A stretch of 64,000 bases of DNA from contig NC_058368.1 in assembly GCF_018350175.1 (NCBI RefSeq), forward strand, positions 120,096,001 through 120,160,000, given 5' to 3'. Each line of letters opens with the position of its first letter. Position 1 is the first letter of the stretch. Below the pieces are notes generated by a model. It searched no databases, was not told the origin of the DNA, and saw nothing but the letters and a program-made list of their open reading frames with translations. The translations under genes were made by a program, and so were the position numbers. Source of the stretch: Felis catus (lineage: Eukaryota). Positions 12,925 to 24,562 of the stretch are shown in pieces.

Positions 12925-15720
12925 TTTTTATTACTAAGATAATTTTTTAAGAGCAGTTTTAGGTTCATAGCAGAATTGAAGTGAAGGTATAGACATTTTC
13001 CATATACCTCCTGCCCCACCATGTATCTTTTCATTGTGAACCAGAGTGGTTTATTTGTACAATTGATGAACCTACATTGACAAATCATAATCACCCAAAG
13101 TTTGTAGTTGATATTATAGTTCATTCTTAATGTTGCACATTCTACTGTTTTGGACACACATATAATGACATTTATCCTTCATCATGGTATCATGCAGAGT
13201 GTTTTCACTGCCCTAACTATAGTCTGTGCTCTCTATTCATTCCTCCATTTGCCCTCTGTGGCAATCACTAATATTTTAACTAATTGCATAGTTTTGCCTT
13301 TTTCACAAATTATGTAGTTGGAATGATACAGTATGTAGCCTTGTCAGGTTGGTTTCCTTCATTTAGTAGTATACATTTAAGCTTCCTCCATGTCTTTTTA
13401 TGGCTTGATAGCTCATTTCATTTTAGCACTGAATAATATTCCATTGTCTAGATGTACTACAGTTTCTTATCCATTCACCTCTTGATGGACATCTTGATTG
13501 CTTCCTGATTTTGGCACTTGAGAATAAAACTTCTATAAACATCATGTGCAGACTTTTGTGCAGATTAACTTTTCAAATCCTTTGGATAAATACCAAAGAG
13601 TGCAATTCTGGGTCACATGGCAAGAGTATGTTTAGTTTTGTAAGAAGACATCAAACTGTCTATCAAAGTAGCCATACCATTTTGCATTCATTGCTACCAC
13701 CAGTGAATAATCATTCCTATTGCTCCACACCCTTACTAGCATTTGTATTGTTAGTGTTCTGTTTTTTTGTTTTTGTGGTTTTTTTTTGTTTTTGTTTTTT
13801 TGGTCGTTATATAGGTGTGTGGTGGTATCCAGTCTTATTTTGATTTTCCTTGATGACACATTATGTGGAGCATCTTCTCATATAATTATCTGTCATCTGT
13901 ATGTTTTATTTGGTAAGACGTTTGTTCAGGTCTTTATCCCATTTTTAAGTTAAGTTGTTGAATTTTAAGAGTTCCTTGTATATTTTTGGGTAATAGTACA
14001 TGATCATATTTGTCTTCTGCAGATATTTTGTTTTCCTACTCTTGTCTTGTCTTGACATTGTCTTTCACAGAGTAAAGTTTTTAAGTTTAATGGAGTCCAG
14101 TTTCTCAATTATTTCTTCTATGGACTGTGACTTTGGTGTTCTATCTAAAAAGTCACAAATCATCTATGTTTTTTCTTATGCTATCATCTAGGATTTTTAT
14201 GGTTTTATAGTTTTAGGTCTGAGATTCACTTTGAATTAATTTTTGTGAAGGATATAAGGTCTGTGTCTAGATTGACTTTTGTTTTGTTTTGTTTTGCATG
14301 TGGATATCTGCTTTCAGCATCATTTGATAAAGAGTTTCTTTGCTACATTTTATTCCCTTTACTCCTTCATTAAAGATCAATTGAGTATATTTTTATAGGT
14401 ATATATCTGGGTTCTGTATTCTTTTCCACTGTCTATTATTTTTTTTCAATATATGAAGCTTATTGTCAAATTGGTTTCCATACAACACCCAGTGCTCATC
14501 CCATAAGGTGCCCTCCTCAATACCCATCACCCACCCTCCCCTCCCTCCCACCCCCATCAACCCTCAGTTTGTTCTCAGTTTTTAAGAGTCTCTTATGCTT
14601 TGGCTCTCTCCCACTCTAACCTCTTTTTTTTTTCCTTCCCCTCCCCCATGGGTTTCTGTTAAGTTTCTCAGGATCCACATAAGAGTGAAACCATATGGTG
14701 TCTGTCTTTCTCTGTATGGCTTATTTCACTTAGCATCACACTCTCCAGTTCCATCCACGTTGCTACAAAGGGCCATATTTCATTCTTTCTCATTGCCACG
14801 TAGTACTCCATTGTGTATATAAACCACAATTTCTTTATTCATTCATCGGACATTTAGGCTCTTTCCATAATTTGACTGTTGTTGAGAGTGCTGTTATAAA
14901 CATTGGGGTACGAGTGCCCCTATACATCACCCACTGTCTATTATTTTATTCATATTTCACTGTCTTGATCACATTAGATTTATAGTAAGTCTTGAAGTTG
15001 GTTACTTTTAGTCCTCCGAGTTTTTTCTTCTCTTTCAACATTTTGCTGGTCGTTTAAGGTCTTTTGTCTTCCATTTAGACTTTGGAATCAATTTTTCAAT
15101 ATGCACAAAATAACTTCCTAGGATTTTGATTGGTATTGGGTTGAATCTATAGATCAAATTGGTAGGAACTAATATCTTGTCAATATTGGGTCTTCCTATC
15201 CATGAATGTAGCATTTCTCCCCATTTATTTCATTGTTCCTTGATTCTGTTCATCAGTTTTATAGTTTTTCTCATATAGACCTTCTACAGACTTTATTAAA
15301 TTTATACCTAAGACTTTCATTTTTTTGGATGCTTAGGTAAATGGCATTGTGTTTTTAATTTTAAATTCAATAGTTCATTCCTGGTATATTGGAAAGTGAT
15401 TAAGTTTTATATAATAACCATGTATCCTGCAACCTTGCAGTAATCACTTTCTAGTTCCAAGAGGTCTTTTTTTTTTTTTTTTTTTTTTTTTGGTTGTTGT
15501 TGTTAATTCTTTGAGATTTTCTAAATGCACAATCCTGTCCTCAGCAAAAAAAAAAAAAAAAAAAAAAAAGAGGCAGTTTTATTTCTTCTTTCTCAATCTG
15601 TATGGCTTTTATACACTTTTATCATCTTACTACATTAGCTAGAACTTAAAATTCATTGTTTGAAATGGGTGGTGAGAGATAAAGTACATCTTTGCCTTGT
15701 ACCTGATCTTAGTAGGAAAA
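12925..15720 (-). mobile_element. Old L1 (L1MB/MC-type) 3' ~2.3 kb, ORF2 C-terminus plus 3'UTR, decayed
   Basis: Continuous antisense L1 similarity; ORF 13632-13859 and neighbours are broken ORF2 pieces. Confidence 0.9.
14443..14930 (-). mobile_element. Young 5'-truncated L1_Fc-like insertion nested in the older L1
   Basis: Felid L1 3'UTR (gtttccatacaacacccagtgctcatccc...); 17-bp TSD ccactgtctattatttt at 14426-14442 and 14931-14947. Confidence 0.95.
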
Positions 15721-17119
15721 ACCTCCCAATTTGAAAATCATGGCTCAGAGTTTTTAAAGACAATACCAGGAAAATAAACTACTTGTGCATGCTAGATTGA
15801 GAGCATAGGGTACCACTTGGAGTTCTGACCTCAGATATTAAAATCATTTGTCAACAGAAAGCCCAATGGTAATTCAGCTTACACATAATCATCTTACATC
15901 ACGGAAGGCAGAATAAGACACCACTTCAGAAATTAGTGATGGGCTAGATGGAGTTTGTTTCTCTTGACCACCCCCCTTCCAACTCCAAATACTATGTCCC
16001 TGATCCCAATAATGACAAGTAAAGAATGTAAGTGTAGCAATGAACCGACCCTTAATGCAACACTCATGTTCTGTTGACAAAGAAGCTAAGAAGGAGAAAT
16101 AGGAAAAGATTCTCCACCTTAAGGTTTTGCTTATCTCTTAGCTCTCTCAGGTAAACCACACTGCTAAAGGAGGCAGAAAAAGTTCTTGGCCTGACCTCCT
16201 TTCTATGCTGTTTTTCCACTTGCCTGTGGGCTTCATTCAATGTGCAGAAAACAAACTGGTCTTCAGAAGCTTGTAGCTGGGAGGCCAGAGAGCTGTATCT
16301 AAAATAAACACCCTACATCGACATAGTCACTCCTTGCTAAAGAAGTGCTGGGAACAAAGAGGGGGACTTTAGGAATATGATAGCCTTGAAGCTCTTCAAC
16401 ATCCCAAAGAAGAGAGAAAATAGCCCAGTAGTGGTCTTATGGTGGGAATTAGTGGAAAGATGGAGTGCAATCTGATTCTGAGTTCTTCTCGAGGTATTTA
16501 ATTGTCTTCAGTGCCCTTCACAGATACTTGAATTAACCTTTCTGTATACTCTCTGGTTTTCTACTGTCATTTCCCCCCTAGATTCTTTGATTCATTCATT
16601 TCATGACACTACTCTTTCATTCATTTAGTTTTTGTTAATTATTATGTCCTGAACACCATGCCACACAGTAGGAATATTACAAAAATTAAGAAACTGTGAG
16701 AGAGGATGAGATTTTAAGCAACTGCCACAATATCACTTTGACAATTCCTTTGTCAATGGGAGTGAGCTAGAGAGTCATGACAGTCACCCACCTGCATTCT
16801 TCTCCCTACCTTATTTTATGTATGTGTGTGTATATGTATATATAGTAAAACCTTGGTTTGTGAGCATAATTAATTCCAGAAACATGCTTGTAATCCAAAG
16901 CACTTGTATATCAAACTGAATTTCCCCATAAGAAATAATGGAAACTTAGATGATGCGTGTTCCACAACCCAAAAATATTAATATAAAATGATGACAGTAC
17001 TGCAATATAATAAAAATAATAAAGAAAATACAAAATATAAAGAAAAATAAACAAATGAACCTGCACTTACCTTTGAAAACCTTTGTGGCTGGTGTGACAG
17101 AAATGAGAGAGAGGAGGGT

Positions 17120-19089
17120 TATTGTGTTAGATGACTTTCACTATCACTAATGAATCACTTCTATCTATTAGCTCAATGGAATCTTTTTCTTTTTGTGCAG
17201 CTTTAACAAGGAACCTATCCAATGACACATGCTTTTTCCTACTTTGGGGATTTTGTGGAAATTTGACATTGCATTTTTGTTAGATTCGTTGCTCACACTG
17301 CTACAGCCTTCTTTGGGTGGCTTTTTCTACAAATTTGTCACTGTTTCCTGCATTGTACACATCTCCCTAATCTCATTTGAAGTGAAGGATTCTCCCAGCT
17401 TTTCCTGCTCCTCCTCCACAGCCGAGATCTCCTCCATAATCTCCTGCTGCTGCTCACGATGCAGATCTGTCACTTTGGGGGTGGTCAGCTCCTGGACGTG
17501 TTCTCCCACCAGATCCTGAATGGCATCCTCATCCACCTCCACCGCCACGGTTGTCCCCAAGGACACAATTTATTGACAACTGGTGGCTCCTGTTTATGAG
17601 CAAGCTCCCATAAATCATGTCCAAGAACACAATCAGGCCACAGTTTTCTCCAAGCAGAATTGAGGGTTCTCTTGGTGACCCCATGCCAGACTTTATCAAT
17701 GATCTTGAGGCAGTTCACGATGTGGAAATGATTTTTCCAAAACTCTTGGAAAGTTAGATTTGTTCCTTCGTTTACCTCGAAACATCGCTGAAATAATGCT
17801 TTGGAGTAAAGCTTTTTTTTTTAATTTTTAAAAAATATTTATTTATTTTTGAGAGAGAGACAATGTGTGAGCAGGGGAAGAGCAGAGAGAGAGAGAGGGA
17901 AACACAGAATCCGAAGCAGGCTCCAGGCTCTGAGCTGTCAGCACAGAGCCTGACGCGGTGCTTGAACTCATAAACTGTGAGATGATGACCTGAGCAGAAG
18001 TCGGACGCTCAACCAACTGAGCCACCTAGGCGCCCCAAGCTTTTTAAAGTTCGAAATGACCTGCTGATCCATGGGCTGGAGGATTGCAGTGGTGTTGGGA
18101 GGAAGGAACTTGACCTTAACGAACTTGAATTCCTCCAGTAAGTCGTCTTCAAAGCCTGGAGATGAGCAGGAGCATTATCCATAACCAGCAAGGCTTTGAG
18201 TGGCAGATTCTTTTCTAAAAGGTATTGCTTCACTGTAGGACAGAAAACCTCATTGATCCACCCAATAAATAAGATACAAGTGACCCAACCCTTGCTGTTG
18301 GGCCTCCACATAACGTTAACTGGCTCTTCTGCACCTTGCATTTCGCGAGGGCTGGTGGATTCTCAGAATGGTACACAAGCAGGGGCTTGACTTTGAAATC
18401 CCTGCTTTAATTAGCACAAAACTAGATGGTGAGAGGGTCTTTCATGGGCTTCTGACCAGGCAATGTATTCTCTTCTTCTGTAATGTAGGTCCTCCTTGTC
18501 ATCTGCTTTCAAAAAAGCCCCGTGTCATCAAAGTTAAAAACTTGCTCTGGCAGGTAATGGTTGGAAGCCATGAGCTTCTGGAACTCAGTAGTGAATACCT
18601 CAGCTGCCTTAGCATCCGAACTTGAAGCCTCTCCATGCCTCACAACACTGTGGATGATGCTACTTCTCCTCTTAAAGTTACCAAATCATCCCCTGCTTGC
18701 CTTGGAGCCTTCTTTGTTTTCTGTTGCCATGCCTGGCAACTTACTTAACAAGATCAGTGTGCAAGGCCTTTGCTTTTTTGGATAAAGTTCTCGGTCACAG
18801 TATCACCTGCTAGTTGCTTCTCATTTATCTGAGCTAGAGGCAACTTTTCTACATCTTCCAGAACACGTGGCCATACCTTTGGTATTCTTGTGATTCCTTT
18901 TGCTGCATCTAGCCCCCTTCTTTCTTCTTTAATATTGTGCAAATGGTCGACATAGACTTCTCGTACAATCTTGCAATTTTAGCCACTTGTATACCTCGTT
19001 CATGCTTCTCAATGATTTCCTTCTTAACTTCCACTGTAATCATCTTCTTTTTCTTACCACCTTTCTTTTCAACCTTTGCGTGGTGGTCA
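17120..19089 (-). pseudogene. Decayed Tigger/pogo transposase (HTH DNA-binding region plus DDE_1-type catalytic domain)
   Basis: Hand translation: MITVEVKKEIIEKHERG..., KASRG*FGNFKRR, VRHGEASS, QVFNFDDTGLF*K, LLVMDNAPAH, FLPPNTTAILQPMDQQVI, C-terminal KHVSLDRFL; several stops, frameshifts and a SINE insertion. Confidence 0.93.
17813..18036 (-). mobile_element. Can-SINE inserted in the transposase
   Basis: Head and tail motifs; TSD aagcttttt on both sides. Confidence 0.95.
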
Positions 19090-19419
19090 TTGTATACACT
19101 TGCATGGATGTCGACTACAGTATAGTATTAATAAATTCTTGTCATTTACTGTATTTAATGTAACTGGCAATAAGGCAGCAGAAGATAGGGTCTATATCTG
19201 CAGGCAGCCTGACATAGAATGAAGCAAAGCATTCCTAAGCTTACTCTTTTTGGAAAAGCAAAAGATGTCCATAGGTACTTTGAAATGACAAAAAATACAC
19301 TAGTGCCAATTGTGGGTACCTTCCAATATTCTGAAACATAACTGATTTCTGCCAAATACCGTGGCCTGAGTCTGATCATCTGAGCATGGGAGACTGTCAC
19401 CCATAATTCCGCAGCGAGC

Positions 19420-19452
<33 letters not shown>

Positions 19453-19684
19453 GGAACCATTGACTCAGTTGTGATCATGTGACATTCAGCATCATTTACT
19501 ACTTGTATTATAAGACATCGCTCGTTTATCAAGTTAAAACTTATTAGAAATGTTGTTCATCTTGTGGAACACTCACAGGACAAGTTACTCACACACCAAG
19601 GTTTTACTATACATAGTTTTCTACTACTTTGTGACTTCAGAACCCATCTTATAAACACTTCTTTATGTCTGAATATGCCCTTTA

Positions 19685-19869
19685 AAAAAGTTTATTTACT
19701 TATTTCTTTTGAAAGAGAGACCACAAGTAGGGGAGGGGCAGAGAGAGAATCCCAAGCAGGCTGTCAGCACAGAGCCCGACATAGAGCTTGAACTCCTAAA
19801 CCATGAGATCATGACCTGAGTCCAAATCAAGAGTTGGCTGCTAAACTGACTGAGCCACCCAGGTGCTCC
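19685..19869 (-). mobile_element. Can-SINE
   Basis: Head and tail motifs; TSD tgaatatgcccttt. Confidence 0.93.
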
Positions 19870-19892
19870 TGAATATGCCCTTTTAAAACTAT

Positions 19893-20302
19893 TGTGGTTT
19901 ATATACACAATGGAGTACTACATGGCAATGAGAAAGAATGAAATATGTCCCTTTGTAGCAATGTGGATGGAACTGGAGAGTGTGATGCTAAGTGAAATAA
20001 GCCATACAGAGAAAGACAGATACCATATGTTTTCACTCTTATGTGGATCCTGAGAAACTTAACAGAAACCCATGGGGGAGGGGAAGAAAAAAAAAAGAGG
20101 TTAGAGTGGGAGAGAGCCAAAGCATAAGAGACTCTTAAAAACTGAGAACAAACTGAGGGTTGATGGGGGTGGGAGGGAGGGGAGGGTGGGTGATGGGTAT
20201 TGAGGAGGGCACCTTTTGGGATGAGCACTGGGTGTTGTATGGAAACTAATTTGACAATAAATTTCATATAATAAAAAATAAAAATAAAAAAAAATAAATA
20301 AA
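19893..20302 (+). mobile_element. Young 5'-truncated L1_Fc-like 3' end with A-rich tail
   Basis: Near reverse complement of 14443-14830; ends ...aatttgacaataaatttcatataataaaaaat. Confidence 0.95.
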
Positions 20303-20309
20303 TCAATCA

Positions 20310-20530
20310 CTCAATCTCTGGAGTCCAGTTGCCTGGGTTTTAGTCCCAGCTCGTTCACATTTACTAGGTTCATAACTGTGAATACATTACTTAACATTTT
20401 ATATTTCACTTTATTTAGAAAGTGGGATTATAATAATTGATTCGTAAGAGTATTGGGACAACCAAATGGAGCCTCAAATGAGCTCGGCAAACACCTGGCT
20501 CATAGGTAGGCTTCATCACACTAGTTGCTA
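20310..20530 (+). mobile_element. MIR
   Basis: ctctggagtccagttgcctgggttttagtcccagctc...acacctggctcatagg. Confidence 0.7.
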
Positions 20531-20874
20531 GTACAATTTCTTACATTGTTAATTGTCTAGTGACTTAAGTATATAGATCAGAGTGAACAAAAGAGTCTAA
20601 AACCAAAAGACTTAGACTGCATGGAGAATTGAGATAATAAGTATAATTGCAAACATAAGAAAGCAAAAGTATATGTAAGAATGGGAGTTAAGGTTTAAAT
20701 TTTTAAAAGTAGCTATAATGGTAGAGTACTAACTCAATATGATTTCCCTGTGAATGTAATTACTACTGGTAATGAATCACATCCCAGGTTTTTGTGAAAA
20801 ATCTATGTAATTGCTTAAAATCTATACTTGATTTAGCCAGTATCGACAACCAGTTCTAAAATGCTGAGTGTCTG

Positions 20875-21330
20875 CGACAAGATGCTATTGGTTGCAAGTG
20901 ATAGAAATTGGACATGAATGAGGTTGATGTAGGTTTGTTTAGGGAACTGACATCAAGTATAAGTAGGACTCAGTCAACGTTGCTCCCCCCTCCTTTCATC
21001 TGCTGGTCTCTGCATATTAGGTTTTCAATCTTTTCTATTGTAAATGTGTGTTCTTCACACAGCAGGGCCGTGGTTTCATGTTTCCATCTGTTTAGGGACA
21101 ATTTCTCCATTTCTAGCTTGATTTCGAAAAATCTGGACAAAACATCTGATTGGGTTTAGCTAATTGGAGCCGTAAGTATGATGAGGGAAGAAAGAATGTA
21201 CCGTGATCCTATCATATGGGGATAGCACCTTCCCCTGAAAGCTGGGGTTTGAGTGTATTATGAACAGTAGTGGAAGGGAATGGGGTTGTAGGACAGGTCT
21301 GGAAATTATGTCAAATAGTCAGACATCCCA
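20875..21330 (-). mobile_element. Old MLT1-like LTR fragment
   Basis: ttggttgcaagtgatagaaa and tctgattgggtttagc motifs. Confidence 0.45.
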
Positions 21331-23384
21331 ATGTGAGCATACTTCATGGGAGCCAGAAGGCAGTTAATAATCTTTCCTTGTATTTTTGATAGTATAGGAT
21401 AATTGTTAGATCTATCCTAAAGACATTTAGGCTACAACAAATCTTTAAAATTTTTACTCTAAATTAATTTTTTTTTAGTTCATTACATTGGACTTCACAT
21501 TTTTCAAACATACATCCTACAATATCTTATTAGTCTGTTGAAATCTATCCCAGAAATTCTGCCGACTTCAAAAGGATTCATAAGTATTACTAACATTTTA
21601 ATAATATGTGTATTGCCAAGAATAAGACCCTGCAAGGGAGAAAGGAAAATGCTATGTTACTTACCTTTATAATATCACATATAAAATATGCACAAAAGTG
21701 TCCTTTAAATGGGACAGGAGTAAAACACAGCCTCCCGTGTGGCATGTAGTAAAATTTCAGTGTCTGTATATTCTTATTTTCTGCACTCTTGCCTCTGATG
21801 AAGACTACGACATTTATGGTCCAGTTAGCATGCAAAGCTGTAGTCACCAGGACACGTGTTTCACTCTGGTTTTTACACTGTGCAATTATTACAGAAGGGA
21901 AATGGGGATTCCTAGGCTCTGAAAACTCAGAAGTATTTTTATCTTCATGAAAAGCTTTATCACATTTTCTCATCCCAGATCTCCTCCCATCTTGAACATT
22001 TGCTGTCCTAACTGGAGAATCTCCAGTTTATTTCAAAACTTATTTTCTAAAGGTGTAATATTTATAAAAATGCATACAGGTTAGATGAATATTAGTCAAA
22101 ATTTTAAGGCAAGACTACATGGTATATGCTACATTTCGGTGAAAATTAAGTTGTTTGATGATGAGTTTTTATATTCCAACATTGCAAGAAACATTTGACT
22201 GATGAGAGGCTCTCTATCTTAAAACCAGTTATGATTCTACTTTACAACCAGCTTTTACTATCATCTTTGAACTCTGAGGATGAAGCATTTAAATTTCAAT
22301 TAAAAATCAAGAATTTTCTGTCTCCAATGAAATACTTCACTCAGAGAGAATTCATTAAGTAGCCGCTGTAAGTGGAACTCTGCACCAATAGAATAAGATT
22401 GAATACAGAATAACTCTATTATGCTCCCACCATTATCATAGTGAGACCAATCACAGGTTTAGACTATTGTAGCAAATGTCTCCACAGAAAAGACAGCTGA
22501 ACTGCAATTTTTAGCAATATAATTTTAGATTTTATTAATTTCGTGATGAAACTGAGAAATAAAGGAAGTGGCTTTTCTGAAGTGACCTATAAGGTTTACC
22601 TAGTTGAATCACAGCTTTTGAGTTTGTAGTCTTTCCCATAACCTATACTGTATGTCACTGGAAGGATCGTATTTCATATTAGGGAAGTCTTAAAAATAAC
22701 CCTCTTTCCCTCTTCTTTTTTGCACTGTGAGGTAGTGTGGCTTGTTGGTTGAAAGCAGATGCAGTCAAAGATTTATTTTTGATCTTGGAATTCAGCGATG
22801 AGTTATATTTTCCTTTTGTTGTGCTCAATAGTACATTTAGAATATGTATTACATGTTGTGAAAATACTTATAAATTTTTGGGAAAAATTCCCAGGCCTGT
22901 TTACACAAACATAAAACAAACTACCTTGATCATTAAAGAAAAAAAAAAGAAAACAAAACAAAATAAAAACTAAAATGGATAATTCTGGAAGGATAATCAA
23001 CTGTTGATTATACTTAAACATTAAAGTCACTTCTGGGCTTGGAATGAGTTTAGATTTTCTCTCTTTTTGGTGTGCATTTTGAACTGTTAACCCAATTCAT
23101 TCATGTACATTAGGAGAGAAAAAATGACAGTTGAAATAAAATTACAATTATAGAGTATCAATTGGGTGAAAACAACTAGATTGCAAATTTCTTCAAGGCA
23201 AGGGATAGGTAATACATACTTTTAACTTCTGTCAGAACCATTAGCATAGTGTCTTGCTTGTGATGGTTATTCAGATAGTGTTGTAAATGAATGCATAAAC
23301 CCCCGAATGTATAAAAGCAACATGCTAATAAAGGAAACAAAGGTATTTTGGATATCGACTTGCTTAAAAACAAGAGCTCATGCT

Positions 23385-23800
23385 GAATGGGTAAAGAAAA
23401 TCCATTACCTGCATACAATGGAGTATTATTTAGCTATAAAAAAAGAAGGAAATCTTGCCATTTGCAGCACCATAGATGAACCTGGAAGACATTATCTAAG
23501 TGAAATAAGCCCGTTACAAAAGGGCAAATAGCACATGATTCCACATATATGAAGTATCTAAACAAGTCAAACTCATAGAATTAGAGAGTAGGATGACAGT
23601 TGCTAGGGGCTGGAGCAATGGGGAAATGGGAAATTACTGTTCAGTGGGTATAAAGTTTCAATTAAGCAAGGTGGTTAAGTTCTGGAAATATACTGTGCAA
23701 TACAGTGCCTATTGTTAACAAGATCGTATTGAGCACGTCAAAATTTATTCAGGTAGTTGATATGTTAAGTGTTTTCACTTCAACAAAAACAAAAACAAAA
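23385..23800 (+). mobile_element. L1 (L1MA/MB-type) 3' end
   Basis: gaatgggtaaagaaaa...tacaatggagtattatttagc...ctaagtgaaataagcc; A-rich tail near 23780-23803. Confidence 0.88.
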
Positions 23801-23959
23801 AAAATGAGAGCACAACATAGACACTTCAATGGACCCAAGCTCGTATTTGGTTTGGAAAACAGCTTAATGAACACTAGGAACTAAAGCTACTGGAGTTCTG
23901 TAGGTAATGATCACCCCAAAAATCAAACCCTCAGTCACAACTGACTCAGCATTCCTCAT

Positions 23960-24272
23960 GTGGATCTGTTTTCCAAATTGGTGTTCATGGAGAACTTTCC
24001 TCCATGGTATTAAGAAGTAAGAAATTCAGAAATACTTTCATGCTAAGTTTGAAAACTCTGAGTTAAATGAAAATAAACACAAATGTGTAGTTGTCTTTAT
24101 TGCAGACTTCTTAGAGCCTCTCATATATGAGATACTCTTTTTTCAAACTTATTTATACATAGATTTCTTTTTTGTTTGTGATGTTTGTTGCAGAATTGTT
24201 ATTTGCCATGCATATATTAATATCTCTTAAAATTAGGTACATGTAGAACATAAACCCTGAGAAACACTGGCC
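23960..24272. mobile_element. Probable hAT-Charlie non-autonomous element
   Basis: Ends ctgttttccaaa...tgagaaacactg resemble Charlie-type TIRs; cttagagcct internal motif. Confidence 0.4.
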
Positions 24273-24351
24273 TAGAGAATTAGAGCTAAATTTAGTCCTT
24301 TGGAAAATCCATTCACCTTTGCAAATAGTAGCAGGATTAATTTATCTATTT

Positions 24352-24562
24352 TTTTTTTCAACGTTTATTTATTTTTTGGGACAGAGAGAGACAGAGCATG
24401 AACGGGGGAGGGGCAGAGAGAGAGGGAGACACAGAATCGGAAACAGGCTCCAGGCTCTGAGCCATCAGCCCAGAGTCCGACGCGGGGCTCGAACTCACGG
24501 ACCGCGAGATCGTGACCTGGCTGAAGTCGGACGCTTAACCGACTGCGCCACCCAGGCGCCCC
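24352..24562 (-). mobile_element. Very young SINEC_Fc-like SINE
   Basis: CpGs intact; perfect 14-bp TSD taatttatctattt at 24338-24351 and 24563-24576. Confidence 0.97.

Larger units (their letters stand above)
12360..15828 (+). mobile_element. MER102-like hAT element split into about 12360-12870 and 15721-15828 by SINE and L1 insertions
   Basis: aactcaaaagtctgtggggcaagcatgtaacatgag start; ggaatatgggccaa...aagagaaaactggattttt then resumes at ctcccaatttgaaaatc after the L1; family name from recall. Confidence 0.55.
16843..19609 (-). mobile_element. Near full-length pogo/Tigger-family DNA transposon
   Basis: 22-bp TIRs with one mismatch (tagtaaaaccttggtttgtgag / ctcacacaccaaggttttacta), TA on both flanks (16841-16842, 19610-19611), internal transposase remnant. 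Confidence 0.95.

Noticed and set aside
15847..16081. 13-bp perfect inverted repeat tttgtcaacagaa / ttctgttgacaaa as MITE ends
   Set aside because: No TSD, and one such AT-rich match is plausible by chance in 64 kb.
22155..22280. C/D-box snoRNA-like arrangement (ATGATGA...CTGA...CTGA)
   Set aside because: No terminal stem and no recognisable rRNA/snRNA guide; the short motifs are common by chance.
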